Source: Antedon mediterranea
Taxonomy: Eukaryota > Animalia > Echinodermata
Assembly (NCBI RefSeq): GCF_964355755.1
Contig: NC_092675.1
Location: forward strand, 17,456,912 to 17,520,911
DNA length: 64,000 nt
Direction of reading: 5' to 3'
Positions 13,976-26,621 of this stretch are shown here, piece by piece. How positions within the stretch are numbered: position 1 is the stretch's first letter; every line of letters starts with the position of its first letter. The notes under the pieces are model-generated. The model was not told where the DNA came from. It made no database searches and saw nothing but the letters and a program-made list of their open reading frames with translations. The position numbers and the translations under genes were made by a program.

Positions 13976-16286
13976 ACTAGGAAGTCAAAACTTTGGCTAT
14001 ATAAAAGACCACATAAATTACATCAACACATATTCTTGCCAAAAAGCACAGTGTAGTTTTTATAAAATTAAATATATTGTTAATCGGAATGGAATTAATA
14101 ATTTCTTGGTAATCTAGCATTGTTTGTATACGAGGATCATATAGAATGCGTTCGCTAACTATATACCGTTTCTCTTTTCATGAATCATAACTTACTTCCA
14201 GCAATTGTTCAAAATAATTTCATTTTATGCTCAGCTGTCCACGATAAAAATATACTCAACAAAAACACCAATTCTACCCACAATTTAAAAGAACCACTCA
14301 AAAATCAGTTAGTATAGTCAAGGGGTTGAACTTTGGCGTGATATACCTGAGACTAAAGTTACTTAAGAATCCTATAACTTTTAAAATAAAATTACTTTTG
14401 CAATACTCTGATTAAAACAGGTATTTTTTACAATTACATTTACTCTCTGAGAAAACTATATTTTTTCATTTTTTCTTAAAAGTTACATTTTGTTTGCCTA
14501 TGCCCTTGTGCCTTTTTTCATATTTCTATTTATATACTGTTTTACTTAAAAGCTGCGGCTTCAGAGATTCCCCCTTTCCTTTCTTTCATTTTTGTAATAT
14601 AATGAACATAGACATACATTTATGAGTATGTCTATGTTTTTTGTTGTGAATGGAAGATAAAGAGACAAACAAATATTAGATTATTATTTGTTATATTAAA
14701 TAATGTTTTTGAACACATTTACGGCTGCCATCTTGTTGGTTCCCCCTTTTCAGTCTGGAGTACGTCCTCTAGTGTTCTTATTACATTTCTGTTTGGAATC
14801 ACTTTTCAGTCTGGAGTACGCCCTCTAGCCTTCGGCTTATTACATCTCGCTGCTATATAAAAGATAGTGTCACTATCTTTGCTATTATATTATATTATAT
14901 TATTATTATATTTGTTATTATATTATATTAGATACAATAGGTTGCTCATTATAAAATAATTTTCAAACTATAGAGGGCACTATAATATTTTAACAAAATA
15001 TTAGACTATAGAGGGCGCTAGTAAAGTTTAAATGTAGTAGTGGTATTTATACTAGTAAACATAGTTATATGTTAGGCAAAAAATAAAATACGATGCCAAC
15101 AAAGGTTAGGCCTGTAGGATAATTAATAATAATTCCTAATGTTCTACCGCTCCACCGCCATAACATAAACAAGAAATATTTCTTACAAAAAACGCTGCTC
15201 GCTTATTGAAAAATATTTTTTATTTCAAATGTTTTTGAATGTGTCATTTTATTGTCACATAATAGATAGTTATTTTACCTGAAAAAATGTAATTTAAAGC
15301 AACAAATACTTAAATTGTCTGTCAGACAATGGTTTTTGGGTTTCTTTTCATTTTTTATATGTGAATAAATATTACTTTTTTGTTACAGAAGTGAATACTC
15401 AATTTCTGTCACTTTAGTTAATTTTATTGCTAAGGTCAAATCTGGGGGTCACTTCATCGGGTGTCACGAAAGCTCAGACCACGAAAGCTCAGACCCCCTA
15501 AGACCTAAGATCACGAAAGCTAAGACCCAACACCTAAGATTACAAATACTAAGATATACTACAGCTTAAAAACAATACTTGTTTATCCATACATAATTTT
15601 AAACACAGTAGGTTTCATTTATTACCATAAATATAATTTAATACTACCGCAAAACATAGATAAACTCACATTATTTTCGCCCGTTGAGTAAATGTATATT
15701 TTTTCTTTACAACAAACAAACTTGACGGGTTGTTTGTTGGTATATATTTACTCCATTGTGTTGCTTCAGAGGATGTTTTTCTTACGCACCTGCCTTTCTT
15801 GTATTTTGACTCCAAATTTGTTGACTAACTTTATCCTGAACACACACTTTAAAATTAGGACTTATAAGTACTTTCAGAAGGAGAAACACATAATAACAAA
15901 TAAATAAATCCTTTAAATTGATGATTTTACAGATGTGTTTCTTTGTATACTGTAATGACAATGTAACTCCTAGACTTGCCCCAAGTCTGTATTGTTTTTT
16001 ATTTTTATTTCGACGGCGATTTTTGTCTGAAAATACAGACTTGTGAAACACGTATAGAAATCGATTTGCAGACCGCAAACATCCAATAAGAATGACGTAG
16101 GTTATCATACCGTATTTGGCTTTATGGGGCGGGCGGTATGTAAATATGGATTTCGAATCAACCAATGATCATTTTGTTTCAAAATGAAAAAGATCGAGTA
16201 CGTACAGTGCTGAATGTACGATCGAGACTGTTGAAATATGAAATCGTGTTGCCAAGTTGTTTTGTTTATTAATTGTTTAGTCCTTA

Positions 16287-18538
16287 TAGTCCATGGGATT
16301 TAGACTTTTAACTCACACAAATTGCAAGAAAAGGTTTTTTTGGTGAAATGTGTTCTTTAGACCCCACTGAACACATTTATCAACGTTAGGACATTTTTCG
16401 ACAACGGGAAGTAGCCTAATTTGCATAATTAAAAATGGCGGCCATTTTTAATAACGTACTATGTATCTTGGAAACCGCTAGTCACAGATACTTAATTATG
16501 GTGTTAAAATCGTTAGAATATATGTTTTTATATTCACTTTAATGAAAAGGTTTGTCCAAAAATGAATGGAAGTGCTATTTCTAACATGATTGACCTTTGA
16601 CCTTGATTTATCATATCTCAGCAACCACTAATCGGAGATATACAAATTAGGGCTTAAATTGTTCAGAAACTACACATTTATATCCAGTCTAATGGCATGT
16701 TTTTGCAAAAAATGGCGGATTCTAACATTATTGACCTTTGACCTTGATTTATCATATCTTAGCAACCACTAATCTGAGAGACACACAATATGGCTCAAAC
16801 TGTTCAGAAACTACATATTTATATATAGTCTAATGGCATGTTTTTGCAAAAAATGGCCGATTCTAACATTATTGACCTTTGAACTTTGCACTACATAAAA
16901 TCACATAACTTTGAAAATATTGTACATATGAAATTATTTTTAGTGTCAAATTGTTCAGAACATACATGTTTCTATAGAGTCCAATGACACATTATGTCCA
17001 ATAATGACCTATTGTATGGTTATTAACATTTGAACTATATTTGAAAAGGATTTAAACCCGGAATCTTCTTCTTGTGGACATCCATTAGAACATGTGATTT
17101 GGCACTTTAAAATGTAAGAGTTGCAACGTTATATTACTGTTTACGGCGAAAATATTGCAAGTGGTGGTCAGCCTAATTATGAGTCTCGATAGCCAATTAA
17201 TTAAACTAAACTAAATATGTTGCATTATTTAATATCGATCTTTTAAAATTCCAGTTGTCAACAATGCGTCTAGTTGTAGAAAAGGCCTTCTTAAAAGAAT
17301 GCCCTCAAGAGTGATGCTATCCTTAACAAAATATAAACTAAATAATCTTTAGAAATTTGTTGGTTGAATATGCCATTTAATGCCAATTTAATTTGATCAA
17401 AAAATAAATTACTAACTTGAAAAAAACTTTAATAAACCTGCAAAATGGCATGGCCTATTTAAAGTATGTACAATATATCATAAAAAAAACCTACATCTTT
17501 GTTGGCTCTTTTAATAGTGTCAACATCAACTTTCTCCTGAGTAAGATGTAAGACCTAATTTAAAATTTATTAATAATCCAAACCTATAATGTATGTATAC
17601 ATAGTCTAATATTTTGTTTTAAGTGAATATTTTCAGTAACTAAATTAAATCAACTGGTTACATGCACTTTAAATTACCACCATATTCTAAACAAGTAGTG
17701 CCAAATCGCATGTTCTAATGAATGCAAACATGAAGAAGATTTCGGGTTTAAAAATCCTTTTCAAATATAGTTCAAATGTTAATAACCATACAGTAGGTCA
17801 TTATTGGACCTAATGTGTCATTGGACTCTATAGAAACATGTATGTTTTGAACAATTTGACACTAAAAATAATTTCATATGTACAATATTTTCAAAGTTTG
17901 GTATTTTTTGGCGATTTTATGTAGTGCAAAGTTCAAAGATCAATAATGTTAGAATCGGTCATTTTTTGCAAAAACATGCCATTAGACTAAATATAAATAT
18001 GTAGTTTCTGAACAGTTTGAGCCATATTGTGTGTCTCTCAGATTAGTGGTTGCTAAGATATGATAAATCAAGGTCAAAGGTCAATAATGTTAGAATCCGC
18101 CATTTTTTGCAAAAACATGCCATTAGACTGGATATAAATGTGTAGTTTCTGAACAATTTAAGCCCTAATTTGTATATCTCCGATTAGTGGTTGCTGAGAT
18201 ATGATAAATCAAGGTCAAAGGTCAATAATGTTAGAAATAGCACTTCCATTCATTTTTGGACAAACTTTTTCATTAAAGTGAATATAAAAACATATATTCT
18301 AACGATTTTAACACCATAATTAAGTATCTGTGACTAGCGGTTTCCAAGATACATAGTACGTTACTAAAAATGGCCGCCATTTTTAATTATGCAAATTAGG
18401 CTACTTCCCGTTGTCGAAAAATGTCCTAACGTTGATAAATGTGTTCAGTAGGGTCTAAAGAACACATTTCATCAAAAAAACCTTTTCTTGCAATTTGTGT
18501 GAGAAAAGGGTCATTTTTTAGCTAAATCCCATGGACTA
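16287..18538. mobile_element. PIF/Harbinger-like foldback element with ~800-bp inverted arms
   Basis: TTA|TAGTCCATGGGATTTAG ... CTAAATCCCATGGACTA|TTA; arms about 16312-17110 and 17695-18503 are near-perfect inverted copies; empty site visible in the paralogous repeat near 3955. Confidence 0.88.
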
Positions 18539-19204
18539 TTAGCCTAGGCCTCCTTCGTAGGTCCTACTCAACTCGCACGTATGACCTGCCAAATAAAACA
18601 CCAATAAGGTAGGCCTACATACCACCACCGGCACACAACAGGATTCACACACAACAGACAGGGCTACACCAGTCCAGGGAGTTGTACACCACTACACAGA
18701 ACAGGACAGGGTCTGGGTGGGAATTAAATCAAATTATCTCCGCGTAATAATGATCCATTCAATGTTTGATTTGCGGAGAAGCAAGACGAGTTTTCTTGGG
18801 AAAAATCCCATCAAATGTTTACCAGACTACTACTAGGCATACGGTATAAAATCATTTCTAGCCTTCAGAAACTTTCATTAATGTACCCAAGTACACATTG
18901 TCTAAACGTAACATAGCACATGCGTACCTTCTTAGTTGTTGAGTCTTTGAAATTCTGAAACATGAATATTAAAACCGTGTACGAGTGAGTAGCCAATCGC
19001 ATGCAGCTGAAACTAGTCAACCGGATAATCTATGCACCAAGAATTCTTGGTGTCAAACCACGTGACTTTTGCGTGTTTCCCCAGACGGAGTATCCAAACT
19101 CAAGTAATACACGTATGAAACGCCATATGTGCAAAAATATTTATATTTTTACTAATATTAAGAAAAAACTCCGTCTGGAGCCCAGACTATGTAACTCCTC
19201 GAGC

Positions 19205-19504
19205 TCCCCCCATGCTCAATGTTTTTGTTTCTATGGAGCGCCAAAAGAGCAACAATAATAGTACAAGTATAAAAACAGAAAGAAAACGAAACAAAAAAAC
19301 TTATCATGATTTTTAAATTAAAATTTATTTGCCAGTATTTATTTCTTTGTACTTGCATGATTATACTATTATCATTACAATTTTAATTTTACATTGTTCC
19401 ATCCACACTGTAGATGGACTCCACAGAGTTTTCAGCCCTCTATATAATTTTTGCTCTTTTGACGTTCCATAGAAACAAAAACATTCCGAACATGGCCCAT
19501 GGGG
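19205..19504. mobile_element. Small MITE with ~55-bp imperfect TIRs
   Basis: CCCCATGCTCAATGTTTTTGTTTCTATGGAGCGCCAAAAGAGCAA vs TTGCTCTTTTGACGTTCCATAGAAACAAAAACATT..CATGGGG. Confidence 0.65.
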
Positions 19505-19520
19505 TAGGCCTACTGTACTG

Positions 19521-21991
19521 GGAGTATGGTCGAAGCGGCCGCCAACCAAAGCGGCCGCCAGTTTAATATCGTCATTTGTATGGAACGCCATGTGCGCTTT
19601 AATCTTTGATTGTCGTTGTCAACGCCATGGCCTATGGCGAGTTGAGTTACAGCTGTGTGTATGGTCAAACCAATAAATATAAGCCAAATCATGTACTATC
19701 GAATCTTTATATTTCTATAATAATTAAGTTTGCCTGCGGATAAATCAATGTATATTTTATTTGTATTTTAATATTAATAACTAACTAAATATATTTACAT
19801 TATATATTATCGAATCATTAATAATTTACGTTTGCCAGGGAAAATTTTCATTTAAACATTTTGTTTAGCAATATTGCTAATCAAACTGATTTTTAAGTCG
19901 AGAAACATAGTTTTGTATAGTATTTTTTGCTACACAATTTTCAAAATGTGTAGCAATAAGGTTGTTTTGTATAGCTTTTTGCTATGCTACACTGGCGAAA
20001 ATGTCCCTGTTTGCATCATAATCTACATACTATTGGACCTCTATGTCTCATTTATTACGTACTATTTATTTATTTGTTTATTTTATCCTCTTGACCCGAC
20101 GTTTCTTGAGCACTCTCCTATCGAATCTTTATACAGTATTGCATTAATAATTTACGTACGGTATTGGCGAATATTTATATCTCATTTACATACTATCGAA
20201 TCTTCATACAGTATTGCAATAATAATTTACGTACGGTATTGCCGAATCTTTATATCTCATTTACATACTATCGAATCTTTTTACAGTATTGCAATATAAT
20301 AATTTACGTACGGTATTGCCGAATATTTATATCTCATTTACATACTATCGAATCCTTATACAGTATTGCATTAATAATTTACGTACGGTATTGCTGAATC
20401 CTTGTATCTCATAGAATCTTTTTACAGTATTGCAATAATAATTTACGTACTATTAAGGTATTGCCGAATCTTTATATCTCATTTACATACTATCGAGTCT
20501 TTATACAGTATTGCATTAATAATTTACGTACGGTATTGCCGAATATTTATATCTCATTTACATACTATCGAATCTTTATACAGTATTGCATTAATAATTT
20601 ACGTACGGTATTGCCGAATATTTATATCTCATTTACATACTATCGAATCTTTATACAGTACTGCATTAATAATTTACGTACGGTATTGCCGAATCTTTAT
20701 ATCTCATTTACATCAAATCTTTATACAGTATTGCAATAATAATTTACGTACGGTATTGCCGAATATTTATATCTAATTTACATCAAATCTTTATACAGTA
20801 TTGCATTAATAATTCATGTACGGTATTGCCGAATCTTTATATCTCATTTACATCGAATCTTTATACAGTATTGCAATAATAATTTACGTACGGTATTGCC
20901 GAATATTTATATCTCATTTACATCGAATCTTTACAGTATTACATTAATAATTTACGTACGGTATTGCCGAATCTTTATATCTCATTTACATCGAATCTTT
21001 ATACAGTATTGCAATAATAAGTTACGTACGGTATTGTCGAATATTTATATCTCATTAATTTACATCGAATCTTTACACTATTGCATTAATAATTTACGTA
21101 CGGTATTGCCGAATCTTTATATCTCATTTACATCGAATCTTTATACAGTATTGCAATAATAAGTTACGTACGGTATTGCCGAATTTTTATATCTCGTTTA
21201 CACTGTACTATCGAATCTTGGTTTTTATTATTAGTAATAGGGTGTGTTGTACATTTAAGTGTTATTCCATTGTAATACATTGTTTGTGTTTTCAATGAAG
21301 CAACGTGAAGACGAAAACGCGACCTTCAACAGCACTATTCCTGGCCGGCCGCCAGTCGAGTTATTAGCAGAAATTCACGTAATTAATTACCGTACAGTAC
21401 AGGCACTTGCGTTTTATTTTAGTATTTAAAACTAATTTTAAATTGATCAATATTTATATATCTGAAGGTATAAAACAATTTAGGATATTAAATAAATAAA
21501 TTGATGTCATCATGTTATTGTAATTAAATTATGTTTGCGAACACGTACTACTTACAGTAGTTACTTTACTAATATATTAATATACAATAACAAATATATA
21601 TATTTTGATTTGATATATTTTATTGAAAAAATATATATATTATTCTTAATAATTGGCATATTATATATTATACAATAAAAACACCACAATGTTTTTTATT
21701 GACTTTATTAAACATATATATCATTTAGAACAGTTAAAGTAAGTAATCATCGATTCGCCATTTCGTTTAAAAGAAGGTATCACATTCAATCTGTCAAAAA
21801 AGAGAATATATTACATAATATTAATAATGTAAGTTGTTATTTACGTCCGAGGAAAAGAAAACCTGACGATCGAAACAATGACAATCAAAAATGACAAAAC
21901 AACGACAATCAAAGCGCACACGGCGTTCCATACAAATTACCGTTATTGAACTAGCGGCCGCTTTGGTTGGCGGCCGCTTCGACCGTAATCC
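19521..21991. mobile_element. Non-autonomous TIR element with GG..CC ends and 8-bp TSD (Merlin-like), carrying a minisatellite
   Basis: TIR GGAGTATGGTCGAAGCGGCCGCCAACCAAAGCGGCCGC and its inverse at about 21950-21991; TSD CTGTACTG at 19513-19520 and 21992-21999. Confidence 0.8.
20118..21218. repeat. Minisatellite, about 15 copies of a 70-75-bp unit
   Basis: Unit TATCGAATCTTTATACAGTATTGCATTAATAATTTACGTACGGTATTGCCGAATATTTATATCTCATTTACATAC; later copies are 5 bp shorter; no unique spacers. Confidence 0.95.
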
Positions 21992-22619
21992 CTGTACTGT
22001 AGGCTAGTCATTTTGTGTGCGAGAAAAACGTCTGTAAAATCATCAATTTAAAAATGTATTTGTTACTTTTTATGTAATTCTTTTTCATGAAAGTGCCAAT
22101 TCTAAGGTGTGGTATTCAGAATAAATGTTGGGAGTTAAAATACAAGGCAGGTGCGAAAGATAAATATTTGTAATCTTAGGTGTTGGGTCTTAGCTTTCGT
22201 GATCTTAGGTCTTAGGGGGTCTGAGCTTTCGTGGTCTGAGCTTTCGTGACACCCCACTTCATCACCCTAGATATTTCAATTGTGAAGTATCCTATTACAA
22301 ACACAAACTTTAATTGACTGTTTCGATAATAATTCAATGAATATCTGACACTGACAGTGAATATAGGGATTTGTAATTTTAGCATGACATGTCCTAATAG
22401 ACTCTTTCCCAGCCGTTTTTTGGGTCCACTGTAGCAGCTGGAATCAATCAATCATAGTGGAGTTTCCATTTTCACAAAACTGTCTGTCCTTAGCACTATA
22501 ACTGCTGCTTGCTTTAGCTTCTGATTGAGTAGTCCTAATGGGACGTAGCGGGCTAGAGCAGCAGCGTGAAAAAGACGATAATAAATCTACCCCATCATTG
22601 GGTTGGTCGAGTGTAACGA

Positions 22620-22810
22620 GTATGCCAATTATGATTGGCCCACGGATACGTAGTACAAATTACGAAAAGATGACGTAATTTTTGTTTCGAGAGCTGATGA
22701 CGTATGATAGCAAAATAAATAATGTCAATATTATTGACGACGATCATGATCAAGAAGAGGTTACTGAAAATATATTTAATTATATTCTAGCTAGGTATTG
22801 TAGGTATAGG
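22620..22810 (+). promoter_or_regulatory. Putative promoter / non-coding first exon of the CCPG1-like gene with ER-stress elements
   Basis: CCAAT 22625; exact ERSE-II ATTGG-C-CCACG 22634-22644; GATGACGTA at 22669 and 22696; candidate donors near 22795-22804; then a CTAG/AGGCCT-rich tract like the one in PIK3C3 intron 1. The ATG exon has an upstream acceptor at 29028, implying a non-coding exon somewhere upstream. Confidence 0.5.
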
Positions 22811-23159
22811 CCTACTAGATTTTCCATTTATCGGAAGAGTGAACACATATTTTAAGGTTGGTGCCGTTTTGATGACTTAAATATGATTTGTGGTGAATTT
22901 AAGTTGATTTATTTTCCACTAGCCTACTCTACTAGCTAGGCTAGGCCTAGCCTCTACTACTAGGTAGGGCCTAGCCTAGCCTATAGGCCCTAGGGTAGGG
23001 GCCTAGCTAGGCTAAGCCTTGCTAGGCTAGATAGAGGGGCGTCTCCTAGCCTAGTAGTAGGCCTATATGGTAGGACTAGCTAAGCTAGGGACCTAACAGG
23101 CCTATATAGGCCATACATAGGCTCCTGCCTAGCTAGGCTGGGCTGGCTTTTAGTTAGAG

Positions 23160-24957
23160 GATGTCAGATGAAATCGGTCGCGTCTGAAATCGGTCGCGTT
23201 TGAAATCGGTCGCAATAAAATCAACTTTCGGTATTTTGTATGGCGCGCCGCTAGAGCTATACGTTTAATGATATCGGTCGCGTTTGAAATCGGTCGCGCT
23301 ATTTTGTATGGGACGCACTACGATACATTTTTAATGAAAACGCTAATTATGTTTTTAGTTAATTTTGAATATAGAATTTCTAACTAATACTATTAACATT
23401 TTGTTTACCTCAATCGTTATTATTTTTTTAGTACAGTAGGCTTAAATATAAATATTTATCTCATTATTTATAAATAATTTGTGTTTTCATTTTATCTTAC
23501 AGGTGTCAATGAATAATTGTAATGTGTTCGTTTAGAAAATCGTTTTAAAAAGTGTTATTGAATATTGTTTAAGTTTTTGAAAAGATTAGCATGCCACTGT
23601 TTAAAGTTTTAAAAATGTTGAATTAAACAAGTAGACGCGCCTATTGCGTATTTTTTTATCACAGTTAATTACGAAACTAGTTCTATACCTGCAAGTGGAT
23701 ACCAGCTCAATGAGGTTTATGCAATAAAGGAAGATGATGTATGACGATGATTTTTACGTTCGATATCCGCTACTCTTACGTGAGCATGGTTTTAGGATAA
23801 TACTAATAAAATAATATGCCGTTATATATCACTCTAAACTGTACAATGATAGGCCTAGTGATTATTATAAATGTATAGAAAATATATAGAAATAAAAGAT
23901 ATTCAAATTAAAAACTATAGTATTGCCGAGGTATATACGTAAATTATATACATCATTTCACCATGGAACTAGGTTTCACAAAACACGTGCAGGCCTATAG
24001 ATGTTTTAAACGTATGGTTATTAGTAATAGGCCTATTATACGTCATCTTTACATGTCCATGGACAACGATCGCCGTACGTGTTTTGTCCATGATTTGACA
24101 CACTAGTGCATGTTTTTTTTAAAAGGGAATCCCCGTCAGCAAAATAACGTGCAGTTAACGTCTGCATGATCATAGAAGGCGCATCCACGATATGATTAAT
24201 GGCCTATTTCGGGGTTTATTTCAGTAACTCGCCTTTTAACGATCCGCATATAATAATCATTTTTTACTAGAAAATATTTTAGGCCTAAACATTAGAAATA
24301 AAAATATACACGTGATTTGCCTCAACAATATTCATTATAGGCCTAAACTTAATATTATCCTACATAACGTACGGACATAAATAAAATAGAAATTAAAATA
24401 CGGTAAGGTAATCCAATAGTAAGTTTTTAACGACATGGATATGATATATCTGCCACAGTATGCATAAGTATAAAAATGGATACGCTGGCTTTACGGGCTA
24501 TATATTGTTTGATTAATAAAAGACACAGACGTATATTCTCTATATAATATATTAATTACACAGTGCATAATAAAATAGAGGTAAATTATTATATGCCTAA
24601 TAAAATATTTAAACGTGTTTAGAAATGGCCATTTAGAAAAGACACAGTCCTTCTTCTCCGAGACATGTGAAATAAAAAAAAAATGATAATAAATATTTAT
24701 TAACCAAAATAAAAAATATCCACATAAATAATCTAGTTCCTAAAAAATATCAATTAAATAAACTATATAAACGAAGAAAATGTATATCCCGCTAGCATGC
24801 ATCTCGCTCCATACAAAATAGCGCGACCGATTTCAAACGCGACCGATTTCAAACATATAGCTCTAGCGGCGCGCCATACAAAATACCGGAAGTTGATTTT
24901 ATCGCGACCGATTTCAAACGCGACCGATTTCAGACGCGACCGATTTCATCGTAAACC
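23160..24957. mobile_element. Non-autonomous TIR element with 8-bp TSD and tandem TGAAATCGGTCGCGT subterminal repeats
   Basis: ~150-bp TIRs; TSD AGTTAGAG at 23152-23159 and 24958-24965. Confidence 0.82.
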
Positions 24958-25394
24958 AGTTAGAGCCTACTAGCTAGGCCACTACTAGGCTATTATAGGG
25001 AACGTAGGTTACGTCTGTGTCCTCTATTTTATATGCAACAAATTACGTAAGGAAAATTTATTATTAATAAACATTCAGTTTACTATTATTATTATTATTA
25101 TTTTTATTACATACAGTGAACATTTATGATTAATAAGCCCCGAAAGGCAATCTCATCAGATTCATTATCCATTATAAATCGCAAATATTTCGTAAAAATT
25201 AAGACATTATTCGATCAATTAATTAGGCTATTGCTCTCTGTAGATAGCCTATTGTTATTGTCAAAAATTTCATTTTTTCTGCTCATTTTTTGTTTGCAGC
25301 AGATCTAAAAAACGGCGGTAGCAGTTATGTTGTAACTTGGCCAGCAGATGCATGTATATATGTCAATTTTCTTCCAATTTTCAATAATGTTATT

Positions 25395-26560
25395 ATAATA
25401 ATAATAATAATAATAACTTTATTTGAACAGACGCTTTTAGAACAGCGGCACACGTTTTATGACGGTGCGTTCATAAGTTTAAAGAAAAAGAAAAGGAAAT
25501 GAATTATACAATAGTTAATTAACAAATTAAAGTATGAAAATAAACTTTAAGATCAACGAATACAGTAAACACAAATAGTAATTTTAAAAGATTTACAGAG
25601 ATGTACACCAGTCTTTCTCTGCAACATTAAATACAATATATAGTGAAAATTAATAAACAAAATTATAAAGCAACAATGCAAATTAGCTCTTTTTTAACTC
25701 GGATCTTTTTTTCCAGGCAACTTTAAGGAAATTCTTACAGTATTTGTCAAATGCTGTCAAGACAGCTTTACTAGGATCCAAGTTAATATCTCCCCCTAAA
25801 ACTATAGTAGTTTTTTCATTAACATCAGCATTTATAAAATGTTCCCATGTTGCAGACTCATCCAAATTTTCAAGGTCATTATTTAGCTTCACTAATTGGA
25901 TCTCCCTTATAGCATTAAAAGCTTGGCAATTAAATAAAAAATGCTGTACATTTTCTATTTCACCACTCTGACATATAGTGCAGTGGCCCGGCCAGATATT
26001 TCTTTAGACCATTTACAGGTTCGTCCATCTAGAGGTAAAGTGTTGGATCTTAATTTAAATTTTAAGCTTGCACCTGTGAAATTGGTTTTATCAAGAAGAT
26101 AACTCTCAAGGCTAGGACTTTCTTTTAGTTTGGAGTAATCTTCAAGGGATGACTTTTGGTTTATATTATTTAACCAATCCAAAGTGTATGCATCTGCAAC
26201 ATGGTCATCTATGGTTTTAACAGAGAATGAATTAAAAGTATAATTTTCAGTATCAAAAACTTGTTCAAACATATTTAAGTCTTGGCATTTATCTAAAGTT
26301 TCTTTACATAAAGCTAAAAAGTTGTATTTTAATCAAAATCACTGTTGAGTTGAAACATGCAATGGAGTGAAATATTAGGCCATCTATTTACATTCATATT
26401 TATAACACATTTGAGGTATTTGATTTTAGTAATTTCATGTGTTTTTGATAATGGACTCCATCCTAAATCACCATATAGTGCTTGTTGCGGTGTGCATCTC
26501 GGAGCTTTTAGCAGGAATGTTATTACTCAAAACATTCTCCTTCAGACATATGAACTTTTT
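25395..26560 (-). mobile_element. 5'-truncated, decayed non-LTR retrotransposon 3' end
   Basis: Frameshifted ORF pieces with LINE C-terminal motifs (LKFKLRSNTLPLDGR; ..CQSGEIENVQHFLFNC Zn-knuckle-like), ending in an (AAT)n microsatellite at about 25395-25415. Confidence 0.7.
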
Positions 26561-26621
26561 TTTTATTTGAAAAGTTCATCATATTCAAACAATTAAATAA
26601 ACGTGAGTGGTGTAAAATAAA

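Larger units (their letters stand above)
15459..22254. mobile_element. 6.8-kb non-autonomous TIR transposon (MULE- or Merlin-like) with 9-bp TSD, hosting nested insertions
   Basis: ~90-bp TIRs GGGTGTCACGAAAGCTCAGACC... / ...GGTCTGAGCTTTCGTGACACCC, flanked by CACTTCATC at 15450-15458 and 22255-22263. A lone related end lies at about 1230-1265. Confidence 0.88.

Noticed and set aside
20118-21218. CRISPR-like array or real ORFs in the 75-bp repeat
   Set aside because: Head-to-tail tandem units without unique spacers, no cas genes, and a eukaryotic context; the ORFs are translations of the repeat.
22625-22644. Canonical ERSE-I (CCAAT-N9-CCACG)
   Set aside because: The spacing is 10 nt rather than 9; only ERSE-II matches exactly.
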